Part shown: positions 51,162 through 61,368 of the stretch, in pieces
How the letters are laid out: each line of letters starts with the position of its first letter
Numbering within the stretch: the first letter of the stretch is position 1
Source of the DNA: an uncultured Gammaproteobacteria bacterium
Lineage (GTDB): Bacteria; Patescibacteriota; Microgenomatia; Levybacterales; GWA1-39-11
DNA: 64,000 nt
Direction: 5' to 3'
NCBI GenBank assembly: GCA_964448725.1
Contig: CAYVAJ010000002.1
Span: forward strand, 66,587-130,586
The notes under the pieces: model-generated
Told to the model about the DNA's origin: nothing
Seen by the model: the letters and a program-made list of their open reading frames with translations, nothing else
The model's database searches: none
Program-made: the position numbers and the translations under genes

Positions 51162-52652
51162 ATGCGCTTTGTTAACCATTCATTTTTTGCTGTAGGTGCA
51201 CTTATATTTTTGTATTTTCTCACCCGTCTGGAAAACCTTACTATTTTGCCTATTTTTACTGATGAATCAATCTATATTTATTGGGCAAAAGTTATTGAGT
51301 CAACTCATTCTCAATGGTTTATTTCTTTAACCGATGGCAAACCACCATTACTCGTCTGGACGACTGCATTTTTTCTCACAATTTTACCAGATGCTTGGTA
51401 CTTAATTGCGGGTAGACTGCCTGCAGTGATAGCAGGAGCATTCAGTGTATTTTTTATTTTTAAGTTATCTGAGCTTTTGTTTGCCAACAGAATAGTTGCA
51501 ATCGCTGCAAGCGTTTTGTATATCATTTTTCCGTTTACGCTGATTTATGATCGAATGGCATTATATGATCCATTACTTCAGGCGACTCTTTTATCTTCTA
51601 CTTATTTTGCAATCAAAACTGCAAAAACACTGGAGGTTAAATATGCAGTACTTTGGGGTCTGAGTTTGGGCTTGGCATATTTATCAAAACCAACGGCGTT
51701 ACTATTTGTCGGATTATTGCCTTTAATATATGTATTATTTACTTGGGAAAAATTAAAAAAGCAATGGAAGAGAGTGATAGGGCTTGCTGTATTTGCAGTA
51801 ATAATTGCGGAAGTCATTAATAACCTCCAAAGACTATCAAGTGTTTATTTTATGGCGGGAATGAAAAATGCTCAGTTTCAGCAACCGATCGAGGAGTTGT
51901 TGAAAGATCCATTTGCACTAACATTTAGTAATTTACAAGGATTTTACACTTGGATTTTGGGGTATTATACATTGCCAATTTTGTTACTGGGAATAATAGG
52001 ATTTGCAGTCTTGTTATTTACAAAGTTCAGAATAGGTGTTCTATTGCTCTCACTCTGGTTAATTCCGATTGTAGCACTTGCAACTATTGGCCGAGAAATA
52101 TTTCCGAGATATATTTTATTTACAGCTCCTTATTTTCTCATTTCTCTTGCATATCTATTTTCAAAAGCAATTTCTTATGCAAAGAAGAAATGGTGGATTG
52201 TCGGTATAACTACTTTACTATTGATTATTCCGCTAGTGAGAACCGACTACTTTATTCTTACTGCACCTGAAAAAGCTAACTTACCCAAAACAGATTATGA
52301 TCAGCTCGTAGCAACACACCCTTCTGGATATGGTTTGAATGAGATATATGAGTTTCTGAATAAAGAACTTGATAATGGTCAGAATATAACGCTTGTTACA
52401 CAGGGAACATTTGGACTATATCCGTATGCTTTCGATCTTGAATACTGGGATAATCCAAGTATTAATATTCTTCCTAGATGGCCACTCGATACAATTGATG
52501 AGGAAATACAACAGGCAAGAGAGAATACTGACGTAATTATTTTATTAAAGGAACATGAATCAATTCCTCAGACATTACCGTTAAATTTGGTCAAGAAAGT
52601 AGAGAAGCCTGGAGGAGCCTATCCAATTCTTATAACAGAACTAGAACAATAA
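51162..52652 (+). CDS. GT-C glycosyltransferase (PMT/ArnT-like)
   Basis: FTDE..Y, KPPL, multi-TM, PRY. Confidence 0.8.
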   Translation: MRFVNHSFFAVGALIFLYFLTRLENLTILPIFTDESIYIYWAKVIESTHSQWFISLTDGKPPLLVWTTAFFLTILPDAWYLIAGRLPAVIAGAFSVFFIFKLSELLFANRIVAIAASVLYIIFPFTLIYDRMALYDPLLQATLLSSTYFAIKTAKTLEVKYAVLWGLSLGLAYLSKPTALLFVGLLPLIYVLFTWEKLKKQWKRVIGLAVFAVIIAEVINNLQRLSSVYFMAGMKNAQFQQPIEELLKDPFALTFSNLQGFYTWILGYYTLPILLLGIIGFAVLLFTKFRIGVLLLSLWLIPIVALATIGREIFPRYILFTAPYFLISLAYLFSKAISYAKKKWWIVGITTLLLIIPLVRTDYFILTAPEKANLPKTDYDQLVATHPSGYGLNEIYEFLNKELDNGQNITLVTQGTFGLYPYAFDLEYWDNPSINILPRWPLDTIDEEIQQARENTDVIILLKEHESIPQTLPLNLVKKVEKPGGAYPILITELEQ

Positions 52653-52653
52653 T

Positions 52654-54351
52654 ATGAGATCTTTTTTCTTTATTTGCAGTCTTTTACTGCTTACTGTTTT
52701 TTCTTTACTCCCTTTTTTACAGCCTGGATTTTTTTCAATGCACGATGACACGCAGGTCGCTCGAGTTCATCAAATGACGCAATCACTACAAGACGGAATG
52801 TTCCCAGTACGCTGGGTACAGGACCTGGGATATGGATACGGATATCCAATTTTTAATTTTTATGCTCCATTTCCCTATTATTTTGGAAGTATGTTTGCGA
52901 TTGTGACAGATGTATTGCTTGCGACAAAAATAGCATTTATTGCAGCAATTGTATTATCAGGGATCGCGATGTATTTATTCATGAGCGCATTTTTTTCTCG
53001 TCTATCAGCGCTTGTTGCAGCAGTCGTATACATCTATTTTCCGTATCATGCGGTGAACATCTATATACGCGGAAATTTAAATGAAGTATTTGCTTATGCT
53101 TTCCTCCCACTCGTACTACTTGGGTTTTTTAAATTGTACTATCTTAAAAAAACAGCACCTATTCAAAACAGAATAAACTGGATTATCCTAACTGCTATAA
53201 GTAGCGCACTTGTGATAACTTCGCATAACCTTACTGCACTTATGCTTGGCCTTATTCTTTTCCTGCTTACATTTATACTCTTGTTCTTTTCTAATCATAA
53301 AAAATATTTTTTAATATCAGTTATAAGCACCGGAGTACTGACGATAGGAGCAAGTGCATTTTATTGGATTCCGGCTCTCCTTGAGATGCAATATACCAAT
53401 GTCTTATCGCAAGTTGGAGGAACAGCTGATTTTCGTGATCATTTTATTTGTGTATCACAATTATGGAATAGCAATTGGGGTTTTGGAGGTTCAGGTCCAG
53501 GGTGTATTGATGGAATGAGCTTCAAACTGGGAAAGATAAATATTGTGGCAGCACTTGGTGCGTTTGTACTATTTATTTTTCTCTTGTTTAAGCAAAAAAA
53601 ACAGAATTTTGTGCTTCTTCAGGTAGTACTGTATGGGTTGCTGATCTTTTCAGTTTTTATGTCTACACAGTACTCAGCAATCATTTGGAATATTATACCT
53701 GGTCTTGAATTTCTACAGTTTCCATGGAGATTTCTTAATTTTGTAGCATTATGTATATCAGCAGTAATTGGATTATTTGTATATTATATTTCAAGTACTC
53801 GCAACAAGTATATTACCAGTATCGTAGCTTTTGTGTTGATAGCAAGTACGTTAGTATTACATGCAAAACTTTTTGTACCGCAAACATACTATAGCAACCA
53901 AGATGAAGCGTATTATTCAAAAAAAGAAAATATTCAGTATAAAGCATCATCATTGACTGATGAGTATTTACCAAAGGGTTTTATAAAGCCTCAGAGTGAA
54001 GATGAGTTACCAAAAAATCGTCTAGAAGTGGTCCAAGGTCAAGCAGAAGTAAATGAGGTTATTTCCCGAACTGGGTACTTTTCAGCATTGATAGATGCAA
54101 GCACAAAGGTACAAATACATCTTAATATTGCTTATTTTCCAGCATGGACGCTCTTTATTAATGGAGAAGAAGCAGAGTATGATACAACTAACAAAGGAAT
54201 TCAGTTTAGTCTTTCTCCAGGGCAGTCAGATATTGCAATGCAATTTATTCAAACACCTATTCAAAAATCAGCTAATGTGATCTCACTGATTACACTCGTA
54301 AGTATTGTTGGTGTTTATATAAGGTTTAAAAATTATGGTAAAAAAGAGTAA
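52654..54351 (+). CDS. YfhO/PTPS-related multi-TM protein (probable GT-C)
   Basis: HD, PVRW....GYGYPIFNFY, QFPWR, YFPAW. Confidence 0.75.
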   Translation: MRSFFFICSLLLLTVFSLLPFLQPGFFSMHDDTQVARVHQMTQSLQDGMFPVRWVQDLGYGYGYPIFNFYAPFPYYFGSMFAIVTDVLLATKIAFIAAIVLSGIAMYLFMSAFFSRLSALVAAVVYIYFPYHAVNIYIRGNLNEVFAYAFLPLVLLGFFKLYYLKKTAPIQNRINWIILTAISSALVITSHNLTALMLGLILFLLTFILLFFSNHKKYFLISVISTGVLTIGASAFYWIPALLEMQYTNVLSQVGGTADFRDHFICVSQLWNSNWGFGGSGPGCIDGMSFKLGKINIVAALGAFVLFIFLLFKQKKQNFVLLQVVLYGLLIFSVFMSTQYSAIIWNIIPGLEFLQFPWRFLNFVALCISAVIGLFVYYISSTRNKYITSIVAFVLIASTLVLHAKLFVPQTYYSNQDEAYYSKKENIQYKASSLTDEYLPKGFIKPQSEDELPKNRLEVVQGQAEVNEVISRTGYFSALIDASTKVQIHLNIAYFPAWTLFINGEEAEYDTTNKGIQFSLSPGQSDIAMQFIQTPIQKSANVISLITLVSIVGVYIRFKNYGKKE

Positions 54352-55579
54352 ATCTTTCATATATAGTGTAAAAAATATTCATTTCTGGATGCTGAGTATT
54401 GGGTATGGCGTATTTTGTCTTGCTCTTTTCTTGTACTCATTCTCACAGATGGATCTCAATTTAACCCTCATTAATCATCCACTTTTTCTGAATTTCCAAA
54501 AACCATTTATAACGCTTGGGTATTATTATCGGTTAGAGTCTACGATTATATACACAGTACTCATGCTTGGTCTTTGTGTCCTCTATGGATTAAGCATAAT
54601 TTTTATTACAAAAAAGAAACTGCAAATAAGACAGTTAGTACTGATGGTCGCACTTATTGTGGGTGTGCTCTTTTTTTCATATCCTGCATTTGTATCTCAT
54701 GATATTTTTAACTATATGTTTGATGCGAGAATTGTGACTGAGTATGGACAAAACCCCTACCTCCACAAAGCGCTTGATTATCCCTCTGATCCTTGGATTC
54801 GATTCATGCATTGGACTCATCGCACATATCCCTATGGTCCTGTTTGGCTTGTAGTAACAATTCCGCTTACCTTTATTGGAGGAGGAAAATTTTTAATTAC
54901 GCTGTATCTTTTCAAAGCCTTGGTTATTGGATCGTATATTGCAACTTCTATTTTTATCTATAAAATACTGAAAAAAATATCTCCTTCTCATGCACTTGCC
55001 GGAGCTGCATTTTTTGCACTTAATCCATTAGTGATTATTGAGGGTATTATGTCTGCACATAATGATATGGTAATGATTTTCTTTGCAGTGTTAGCAGTAT
55101 ATTTTTTAACACTCAAAAAAAGAATATATGCATCTCTACTAGCTGGTTTATCTATTGGAGTAAAATTTACCACTATATTTCTTGCTCCTTTTGTCATCAT
55201 TGGCTATAGACCTTTTCTTGCATTTGTTTTTGCGATGCTTACTTTTGCGGGAATAGCATATCAAATTGGTATTCAGCCGTGGTATTTTTTGTGGGTAATG
55301 CCATTTGCTGCACTTGCGTACCAATCTGTTTTAGTAAGAATTATTGTGTTTAGCATGACAGTATCGTTATTACTTCGATATTTGCCGTATCTTTTAAGTG
55401 GTTCCTGGTATCCTTCAGCTGTTCCTTTTCAGTACTGGATCACGGTTGTTGCAGTTATAATAAGTATTGTTTTGTATTCGATCTTCTTAGTACGAGGCAA
55501 GTTCTGGATCAAACTGCGTACTATTACGTGGAATCGTGCAAATATGCTTGATATAATCAGTGCAAGAGATAAAAAATAA
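54335..55579 (+). CDS. GT-C membrane glycosyltransferase, paralog of 49985-51154
   Basis: Shared DIFNY.FDA, KALDYP.DP, WTHRTYPYGP, AHND. Confidence 0.78.
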   Translation: MVKKSKSFIYSVKNIHFWMLSIGYGVFCLALFLYSFSQMDLNLTLINHPLFLNFQKPFITLGYYYRLESTIIYTVLMLGLCVLYGLSIIFITKKKLQIRQLVLMVALIVGVLFFSYPAFVSHDIFNYMFDARIVTEYGQNPYLHKALDYPSDPWIRFMHWTHRTYPYGPVWLVVTIPLTFIGGGKFLITLYLFKALVIGSYIATSIFIYKILKKISPSHALAGAAFFALNPLVIIEGIMSAHNDMVMIFFAVLAVYFLTLKKRIYASLLAGLSIGVKFTTIFLAPFVIIGYRPFLAFVFAMLTFAGIAYQIGIQPWYFLWVMPFAALAYQSVLVRIIVFSMTVSLLLRYLPYLLSGSWYPSAVPFQYWITVVAVIISIVLYSIFLVRGKFWIKLRTITWNRANMLDIISARDKK

Positions 55580-56295
55580 TGAGTACTCTTTCGGAATTAT
55601 CAATTTTTTTTCCATTTTGGAATGAAGAAAAAAATGTAGAACGTGTGGTATCAGATGCGATATCTGTTGCAAAATCTGTTGCTCAAAAATGGGAAATAAT
55701 ATTAATAAATGACGGATCAACAGATAATACACTTACAATTGCAAAAGAATTAGCGCGAAAAAATAAAAATATTCGTGTTATTTCACATACTCCTAACAGA
55801 GGATATGGGGCAGCACTGCGGGAAGGTTTCTCTGCTGCGCAATATAAATATATTGTTTTTGCTGATGGAGATGGACAATTTGATTTTTCTCAGGTCTCAC
55901 AGCTTATTGATGCAATACGGGGAAATGATATGGCAATTGGATATAGAAAAAAGAGACGAGATACAAAAATTGTGATTAGATTGCTGCTCATGTATTTATT
56001 AAAAATTTGGGCTTTTGTCTTATTTAGATTTTATGTAAAAGATATTGATTGTGGTTTTAAGATGTTTAAGAAATCTGCAATTGATCAACTAATGCCACTC
56101 CGATCTGAGGGGGCAATGATAACGACTGAGATTTTAGCAAAAGCAAAAGCACGAAATTTAAAAATTGCACAAGTTGGTGTGGATCATTTTCCTCGGAAAC
56201 ACGGTGAACAGAGTGGAGCAAACATACAAGTGGTAACACGGGCTATATTTGAGAGTTTAATATTATGGTGGGATATAAAAAATAACCGATTTTAA
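55579..56295 (+). CDS. GT2 glycosyltransferase
   Basis: NDGSTD, NRGYG, DGDGQ, DIDCGFK. Confidence 0.9.
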   Translation: MSTLSELSIFFPFWNEEKNVERVVSDAISVAKSVAQKWEIILINDGSTDNTLTIAKELARKNKNIRVISHTPNRGYGAALREGFSAAQYKYIVFADGDGQFDFSQVSQLIDAIRGNDMAIGYRKKRRDTKIVIRLLLMYLLKIWAFVLFRFYVKDIDCGFKMFKKSAIDQLMPLRSEGAMITTEILAKAKARNLKIAQVGVDHFPRKHGEQSGANIQVVTRAIFESLILWWDIKNNRF

Positions 56296-56297
56296 AT

Positions 56298-57746
56298 ATG
56301 GAAGAAATTGATATTAAATCAGTTGCGAAAAAATCAATTCATGGAGTTTTCGTATTGATCTCTCGACAAATGCTTCTTAATATTATCTCTTTTGTGGCAT
56401 TTCTTATTGTTACCTCTATTCTTGCTCCGCGTGATATTGGAATTTTTACTGCAGTAATCGCGATTCAGCGAATTATTAGCTTTTTTACTGATTTTGGATT
56501 TGGTGCTGCACTTATTCAAAAGAAAAGTGATTTGACGCAGAAAGATATCTCGACAACATTTACTTTGCAGGCAGGAGTAACACTGTTTATTTTTGTCCTT
56601 GTTTTGCTGTTGCAGGACATAATCGCAGGCATTTTTGGCTTTTCAGATCAGGGTAAGTATCTGCTGCTTGCTCTTGTCTTTTCAATCTTTTTATCATCAT
56701 TTAAGACAATTCCTGCGGTGTTACTGGAAAGAAGTATTAATTTTGGGAAATTAGTAATTCCTCAGATTGCAGAATCAATAGTGTTTAATACTCTCTTGGT
56801 TATTTTGGTAATTCAAGGATTTGGGATTGCAAGCTTCTCATGGGCATTTTTTGTCTCAGCCATTGTCGGAATTCCTTTTTATTATTTTGTGTCTCCATGG
56901 AAAATAAGCTTGGGGATTTACCGAGAGTCATTACAGCATCTAAAGTTTGGTATTCAGTTCCAGGCAAAGAGTATATTAGCAACAATAAAAGATGATCTCC
57001 TTACTGCATTTCTACCCCGATTTATTTCATATGCAGAAATTGGATATATTGGATTTGCACAGAGACTTGCATTTTTTGTATATCGATATGTTGTTGATAG
57101 TTTAACAAAAGTAACGTTTTCTACATACTCTCGTATGCAGGATAATACTGAATTTCTACGCAAAGCAATTGAAAAATCACTCTTTTTTGTAAGTACTACA
57201 ATGTTTCCTCTTCTGATAGGATTAATTATTACAATTCCCTTCATAATTGAATATTTTCCTGGATGGGATAATAAATGGGAACCAGCAGTAATCAGTGTTA
57301 TTTTTTTCTCTTTGAATGCATTGTTATCATCACTGTCGGGAGTACTCATAAATGTATTGGATGCTACGGGAAAAGTAGGTACCACTTTACGCTTGATGGG
57401 CGCGTGGACAATACTTACATGGATTCTAACTCCACTAGCTATTGTTTTATTTGGATATAACGGAGTATCAATTGCATCCTTTGTGATTGCGTTAAGTCTT
57501 ATCTATACCATATATTTGGTTCGAAAGCAGATCGTATTTAGTGTGATCAGGCCAATATTAAAACCAACTGTTGCAGTTGTGATTATGGGAATTATTGCAT
57601 ATGCTGGAGGACAAATCTTTGTCAATAATTTCTTATCACTGATTGTTCTTGTACTCATGTCGGGAATGATATATGGATCAATACTGTATCTTATTGCAAA
57701 AGATGAGATAATGACCGATATACGTAAATTTATTTTGAAGCGATAA
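56298..57746 (+). CDS. Wzx-like polysaccharide flippase
   Basis: DFGFGAALIQ; ~12-14 TM segments. Confidence 0.85.
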   Translation: MEEIDIKSVAKKSIHGVFVLISRQMLLNIISFVAFLIVTSILAPRDIGIFTAVIAIQRIISFFTDFGFGAALIQKKSDLTQKDISTTFTLQAGVTLFIFVLVLLLQDIIAGIFGFSDQGKYLLLALVFSIFLSSFKTIPAVLLERSINFGKLVIPQIAESIVFNTLLVILVIQGFGIASFSWAFFVSAIVGIPFYYFVSPWKISLGIYRESLQHLKFGIQFQAKSILATIKDDLLTAFLPRFISYAEIGYIGFAQRLAFFVYRYVVDSLTKVTFSTYSRMQDNTEFLRKAIEKSLFFVSTTMFPLLIGLIITIPFIIEYFPGWDNKWEPAVISVIFFSLNALLSSLSGVLINVLDATGKVGTTLRLMGAWTILTWILTPLAIVLFGYNGVSIASFVIALSLIYTIYLVRKQIVFSVIRPILKPTVAVVIMGIIAYAGGQIFVNNFLSLIVLVLMSGMIYGSILYLIAKDEIMTDIRKFILKR

Positions 57747-57748
57747 GT

Positions 57749-58666
57749 ATGGCAAAAATTTCAGCAGTTATAATAGTCCGAAATGAAGCATCTGTGATAG
57801 ATGAATGTCTTTCATCACTGAGCTGGGTTGATGAAATTGTGGTTGTTGATGATTCTTCAACTGATGATACTGCACAAATTGCAAAAAAGTATACAAAGCA
57901 TGTATATGCTCATAAAAGTGTTGGCTATGTTGAGCCAGTGAGAAATTTTGCGATTGAGAAAGCAAGCAATGAGTGGATATTATTGCTTGATGCTGATGAA
58001 AGAATACCAAAGAGTTTAGCCGAGCACATTACAGCGCTGTTGAATGCTAGTGATCCATCAGATGCGTACTCAATCCCCAGGAAAAATATTATTTTTAATA
58101 AATGGATTCAGCATACTGGGTGGTGGCCTGATCATAACATCAGACTTTTCAGAAAAGGAAAAGTAACCTGGTCAAATATCATCCATAGTAAGCCTGAGGT
58201 ACAGGGAGAGCTAATCGAGCTTGAGCCAAAAGAAGAGTTGGCAATTACTCATTTAAATTACACAACAGTCGCACAATTTTTGGAAAAAATGCTTCGATAT
58301 ACTGATGTTGAGGCACAAGAATATTATCGCAGTAATAAAAAAATTTCCGTGGGTACTTTTATTACACTGCCTGCACAAGAATTTCTACGCAGATTTTTTG
58401 TAGGAAAAGGGTATAAAGATGGAGTTCATGGACTGGTACTAAGTATATTACAGTCAGTATCGGTATTTCTTATGGTAGTAAAAGTATGGGAAAAGCAAGG
58501 ATTTGAGCCAAAAGAGGAGACAAATATTCTAGGTGCTGTACAGAAAGAAGGAAATGGAATGTATAAAGAATTTATGTACTGGTTCGCAAATGAATTACTG
58601 AAAACAGAAAAAAATGCTATCAGAAAAGCAAAACTTAAATTAATACGAAAACGTTCTCAAAAATAA
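57749..58666 (+). CDS. GT2 glycosyltransferase
   Basis: NEA, VDD.STD, LDADE, RLFR, GYKDG. Confidence 0.9.
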   Translation: MAKISAVIIVRNEASVIDECLSSLSWVDEIVVVDDSSTDDTAQIAKKYTKHVYAHKSVGYVEPVRNFAIEKASNEWILLLDADERIPKSLAEHITALLNASDPSDAYSIPRKNIIFNKWIQHTGWWPDHNIRLFRKGKVTWSNIIHSKPEVQGELIELEPKEELAITHLNYTTVAQFLEKMLRYTDVEAQEYYRSNKKISVGTFITLPAQEFLRRFFVGKGYKDGVHGLVLSILQSVSVFLMVVKVWEKQGFEPKEETNILGAVQKEGNGMYKEFMYWFANELLKTEKNAIRKAKLKLIRKRSQK

Positions 58667-58670
58667 CTGT

Positions 58671-59621
58671 ATGGCAACGACTGCAATCATTCTTCTCAAC
58701 TATAACAGTACTGATGATACTGTAGCCTGTATTAAGTCATTATATACAACACCGCACACGAGTAAAGACGCCATGATAATAGTGGTTGATAATCATTCAA
58801 AAAAAAGTGAAGTACAAAAACTTACTCAATATATTGATACGATTTCAAAACAGAAAAATAATATAATTCCAATTCATTTTATTAAGAATGATAAAAATCT
58901 TGGTTTTTCCGGAGGAAATAATGTGGGTATAGAATATGCGCTTAAAGAAAATGTAGAGAATATATTGATTCTTAATAACGATACAATTGTAGATAAAAAT
59001 TTTTTACAGAAAATGACAGTAGAGATGGAAAAAGATTCAAAGATTGGAGTTGTTGTTCCGAAAATTTACTTCGCGCCAGGTCATGAATATCACACGCAAC
59101 GATATACAAAAGAAGAGCTTGGAAAAGTCATATGGTATGCAGGAGGGACTATAGACTGGAAAAATGTTATAGGACACCATGAGGGAGTAGATGAGGTAGA
59201 TACGGATCAGTATACAGTCCATAAAACAACTGAATATGCAACTGGTGCGTGTATGTTAGTCCGTGCATCTGTTTTTCAAAAAATCGGTATGTTTGATACT
59301 GACTATTTTCTTTACTATGAGGATAGTGATATCAGTATGCGAATAAAAAAAGCTGGATATACAATTAATTTTAATCCAGATAGTATAATTTGGCATAAAA
59401 ATGCAGGTTCTACTGGCGGATCAGGATCTGATTTGCAGGATTATTATATTACTCGAAATAGACTTATCTTCGGATTTAGGTATGCGCCACTTCGTGCAAA
59501 ACTCGCATTACTCAAAGAAGCAGGCAAGCAGCTGATCACCGGACGTACATGGCAAAAGAAAGGAATACGAGATTTCTTTATACATAAATTAGGAAAAGGA
59601 AGTTATCCAATTTCTGACTAA
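58671..59621 (+). CDS. GT2 glycosyltransferase
   Basis: VDN, NLGFSGGNN, LNND, YYED. Confidence 0.9.
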   Translation: MATTAIILLNYNSTDDTVACIKSLYTTPHTSKDAMIIVVDNHSKKSEVQKLTQYIDTISKQKNNIIPIHFIKNDKNLGFSGGNNVGIEYALKENVENILILNNDTIVDKNFLQKMTVEMEKDSKIGVVVPKIYFAPGHEYHTQRYTKEELGKVIWYAGGTIDWKNVIGHHEGVDEVDTDQYTVHKTTEYATGACMLVRASVFQKIGMFDTDYFLYYEDSDISMRIKKAGYTINFNPDSIIWHKNAGSTGGSGSDLQDYYITRNRLIFGFRYAPLRAKLALLKEAGKQLITGRTWQKKGIRDFFIHKLGKGSYPISD

Positions 59622-59634
59622 AGTCAGAAACAGT

Positions 59635-59726
59635 TTAGGGTTTATAGTTAGTAGATCATAGCAAAGAAGATTGAAGTGTCTGTCGCCAAGAACCAATAAC
59701 CATAAACCAATAACTATAAGCAAACA
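59635..59726. repeat. Inverted heptamer arrays around a 22-bp spacer
   Basis: TTATAGT TAGTAGA TCATAGC ... ACCAATA ACCATAA ACCAATA ACTATAA. Confidence 0.65.
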
Positions 59727-59729
59727 GAT

Positions 59730-60479
59730 ATGTTATCCGTTATCATTCTTACTAAAAACTCTGAATTAACATTAGCTGATTGTATTGGGAACATTAAGCC
59801 TATTGCAGGTGAAGTTATTGTGGTTGATTCTGGGTCATCAGATCGTACTGGAGAAGTTGCAAAGCTGGCAGGTGCGCGATTTATAGAACATCCGATGAAT
59901 AACTTTGCAGACCAGCGAAATTTTGCTTTTAAGCAGGCTAAAGGTACTTGGGTGCTGTACTTGGATTCAGATGAGTTTGTGACAAAGCGTTTTTGCCAAG
60001 AAGTAAAACAAATTATTGATGAATATACTCCAGATTCTGATATTGGAGGATATTATCTGAAAAGAAAAACATATTACTATGGACGTGACTGGGATTTAAC
60101 AGATGAAGTACAACGGTTGTTTGTAAAAGAAAAATTTATAGAATGGCGTGGTGTAGTACATGAGACTCCTCATATCCAAGGAAAATATGGACATATTACA
60201 AATCCAGTCCACCATTTTACCCATCAAAATTTATCTCAAATGCTTACTAAAACAATTGAATGGTCAGAACATGAAGCACAGTTACGGTATGAGGCAAAAC
60301 ATCCTACAATGAATACACTGCGATTTATGCGAGTCATGATTACAGGATTTCTTGATTCATATATCAGAGGGAAAGGATATAAAAACGGTACAGAAGGTTT
60401 TATTGAAGCAACCTACCAAGCATACTCAATGTTCATCACCTACGCAAAACTATGGGAGAGGCAAAAGAATAGCACGTAA
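59730..60479 (+). CDS. GT2 glycosyltransferase
   Basis: VDSGSSD, QRN, LDSDE, VHE. Confidence 0.9.
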   Translation: MLSVIILTKNSELTLADCIGNIKPIAGEVIVVDSGSSDRTGEVAKLAGARFIEHPMNNFADQRNFAFKQAKGTWVLYLDSDEFVTKRFCQEVKQIIDEYTPDSDIGGYYLKRKTYYYGRDWDLTDEVQRLFVKEKFIEWRGVVHETPHIQGKYGHITNPVHHFTHQNLSQMLTKTIEWSEHEAQLRYEAKHPTMNTLRFMRVMITGFLDSYIRGKGYKNGTEGFIEATYQAYSMFITYAKLWERQKNST

Positions 60480-60491
60480 GTGCTATTCTTT
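60464..60491. terminator. Hairpin between convergent genes
   Basis: AAAGAATAGCAC-GTAA-GTGCTATTCTTT. Confidence 0.65.
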
Positions 60492-60493
60492 GT

Positions 60494-60521
60494 TCATAGT
60501 TATTGGTTCACGGTTCACAGC
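60494..60521 (-). repeat. Heptamer array (4 units) at the 3' end of the four-helix-bundle gene
   Basis: TCATAGT TATTGGT TCACGGT TCACAGC. Confidence 0.75.
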
Positions 60522-60862
60522 AAGGAAGATTTTAGCGCATTGATTTTCTTTGAGAGAATATTTAATCGCTCGTATAACTCATTATATCTCTGTTCCGTAA
60601 TATATTTTTGGTTTTTTGATATAGCAAGAATCGCAATACATTCATAACAGGACCCACGAGCAATATCTAGAAAGTGACGGAAATCTTTTTTAGTCCTGCT
60701 TGTTCCTTCTGCAATATTTAATGTAATTGATACTGCAGCTCTCCTCATTTGATCAGTTAAACCAAAAGTTTCAGATTTGGGAAAAGTTTGAGAAACTGTA
60801 TAGATTTCATTACAAAACAGTAATGAATCTTGGTACACCCGCAAATCCTCAAATTTAAACAT
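60515..60862 (-). CDS. Four helix bundle protein (23S rRNA IVP / bAvd-like)
   Basis: FEDLRVYQ, FP..E.FGLTDQMRRAAVSI..NIAEG, FLDIARGS.YE. Confidence 0.92.
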   Translation of the reverse strand: MFKFEDLRVYQDSLLFCNEIYTVSQTFPKSETFGLTDQMRRAAVSITLNIAEGTSRTKKDFRHFLDIARGSCYECIAILAISKNQKYITEQRYNELYERLNILSKKINALKSSLL

Positions 60863-60870
60863 TTTAATTT

Positions 60871-60961
60871 ACTATGAACCGTGAACAATGAGCTAATAAA
60901 TATGAGCCGTGAATTTTAAACTGTGAACTAATAACTGTGAACTAATAACTGTGAACCGTGA
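60871..60961 (+). repeat. Heptamer array (13 units)
   Basis: ACTATGA ACCGTGA ACAATGA GCTAATA ... ACTGTGA ACTAATA ACTGTGA ACCGTGA in exact 7-bp phase. Confidence 0.9.
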
Positions 60962-60967
60962 ACCAAC

Positions 60968-61228
60968 CTACTTCTTTGAAGTAGGTTTCTTCTGTACCCA
61001 TCCTCGGACTTCGTCTAGGGTAAGAGGTTTTTTTGCAAATTTTGAGAGGTAGATGACATCAATAAGTCCTCCTAAATTTAAGAATGGGATAAGCAATAAG
61101 AAGGCAATAAAAAGCGCAACAAACCAATTCTTCTGGTCAGACTTTGCAGCTCTCCATAATGCAATTCCTTTAACACTGAGAGAAAAAATAGCAAGTGCAA
61201 ATGCGAGTACAGATTGTATATCAACCAT
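60968..61228 (-). CDS. Small membrane protein (DUF5652-like)
   Basis: KGIALWRAAK..QKNWFVAL. Confidence 0.75.
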   Translation of the reverse strand: MVDIQSVLAFALAIFSLSVKGIALWRAAKSDQKNWFVALFIAFLLLIPFLNLGGLIDVIYLSKFAKKPLTLDEVRGWVQKKPTSKK

Positions 61229-61368
61229 TTCTTCATTATCACATAGCTTTTTTTAATATGCAAGCTTAGGTTAAATGTGAATTGTTAGATTGTTGTATTG
61301 CTAAATTGCTATAATAAGCTTGCTAAGCATTATTTTGTGCTTTGAGCTTTACATTTTTAATTTGAGAT

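Noticed and set aside
60871-60961. CRISPR array or diversity-generating retroelement near the Avd-like gene
   Set aside because: Units are 7 bp with no spacers; no cas gene, reverse transcriptase or TR/VR pair was seen in the window.
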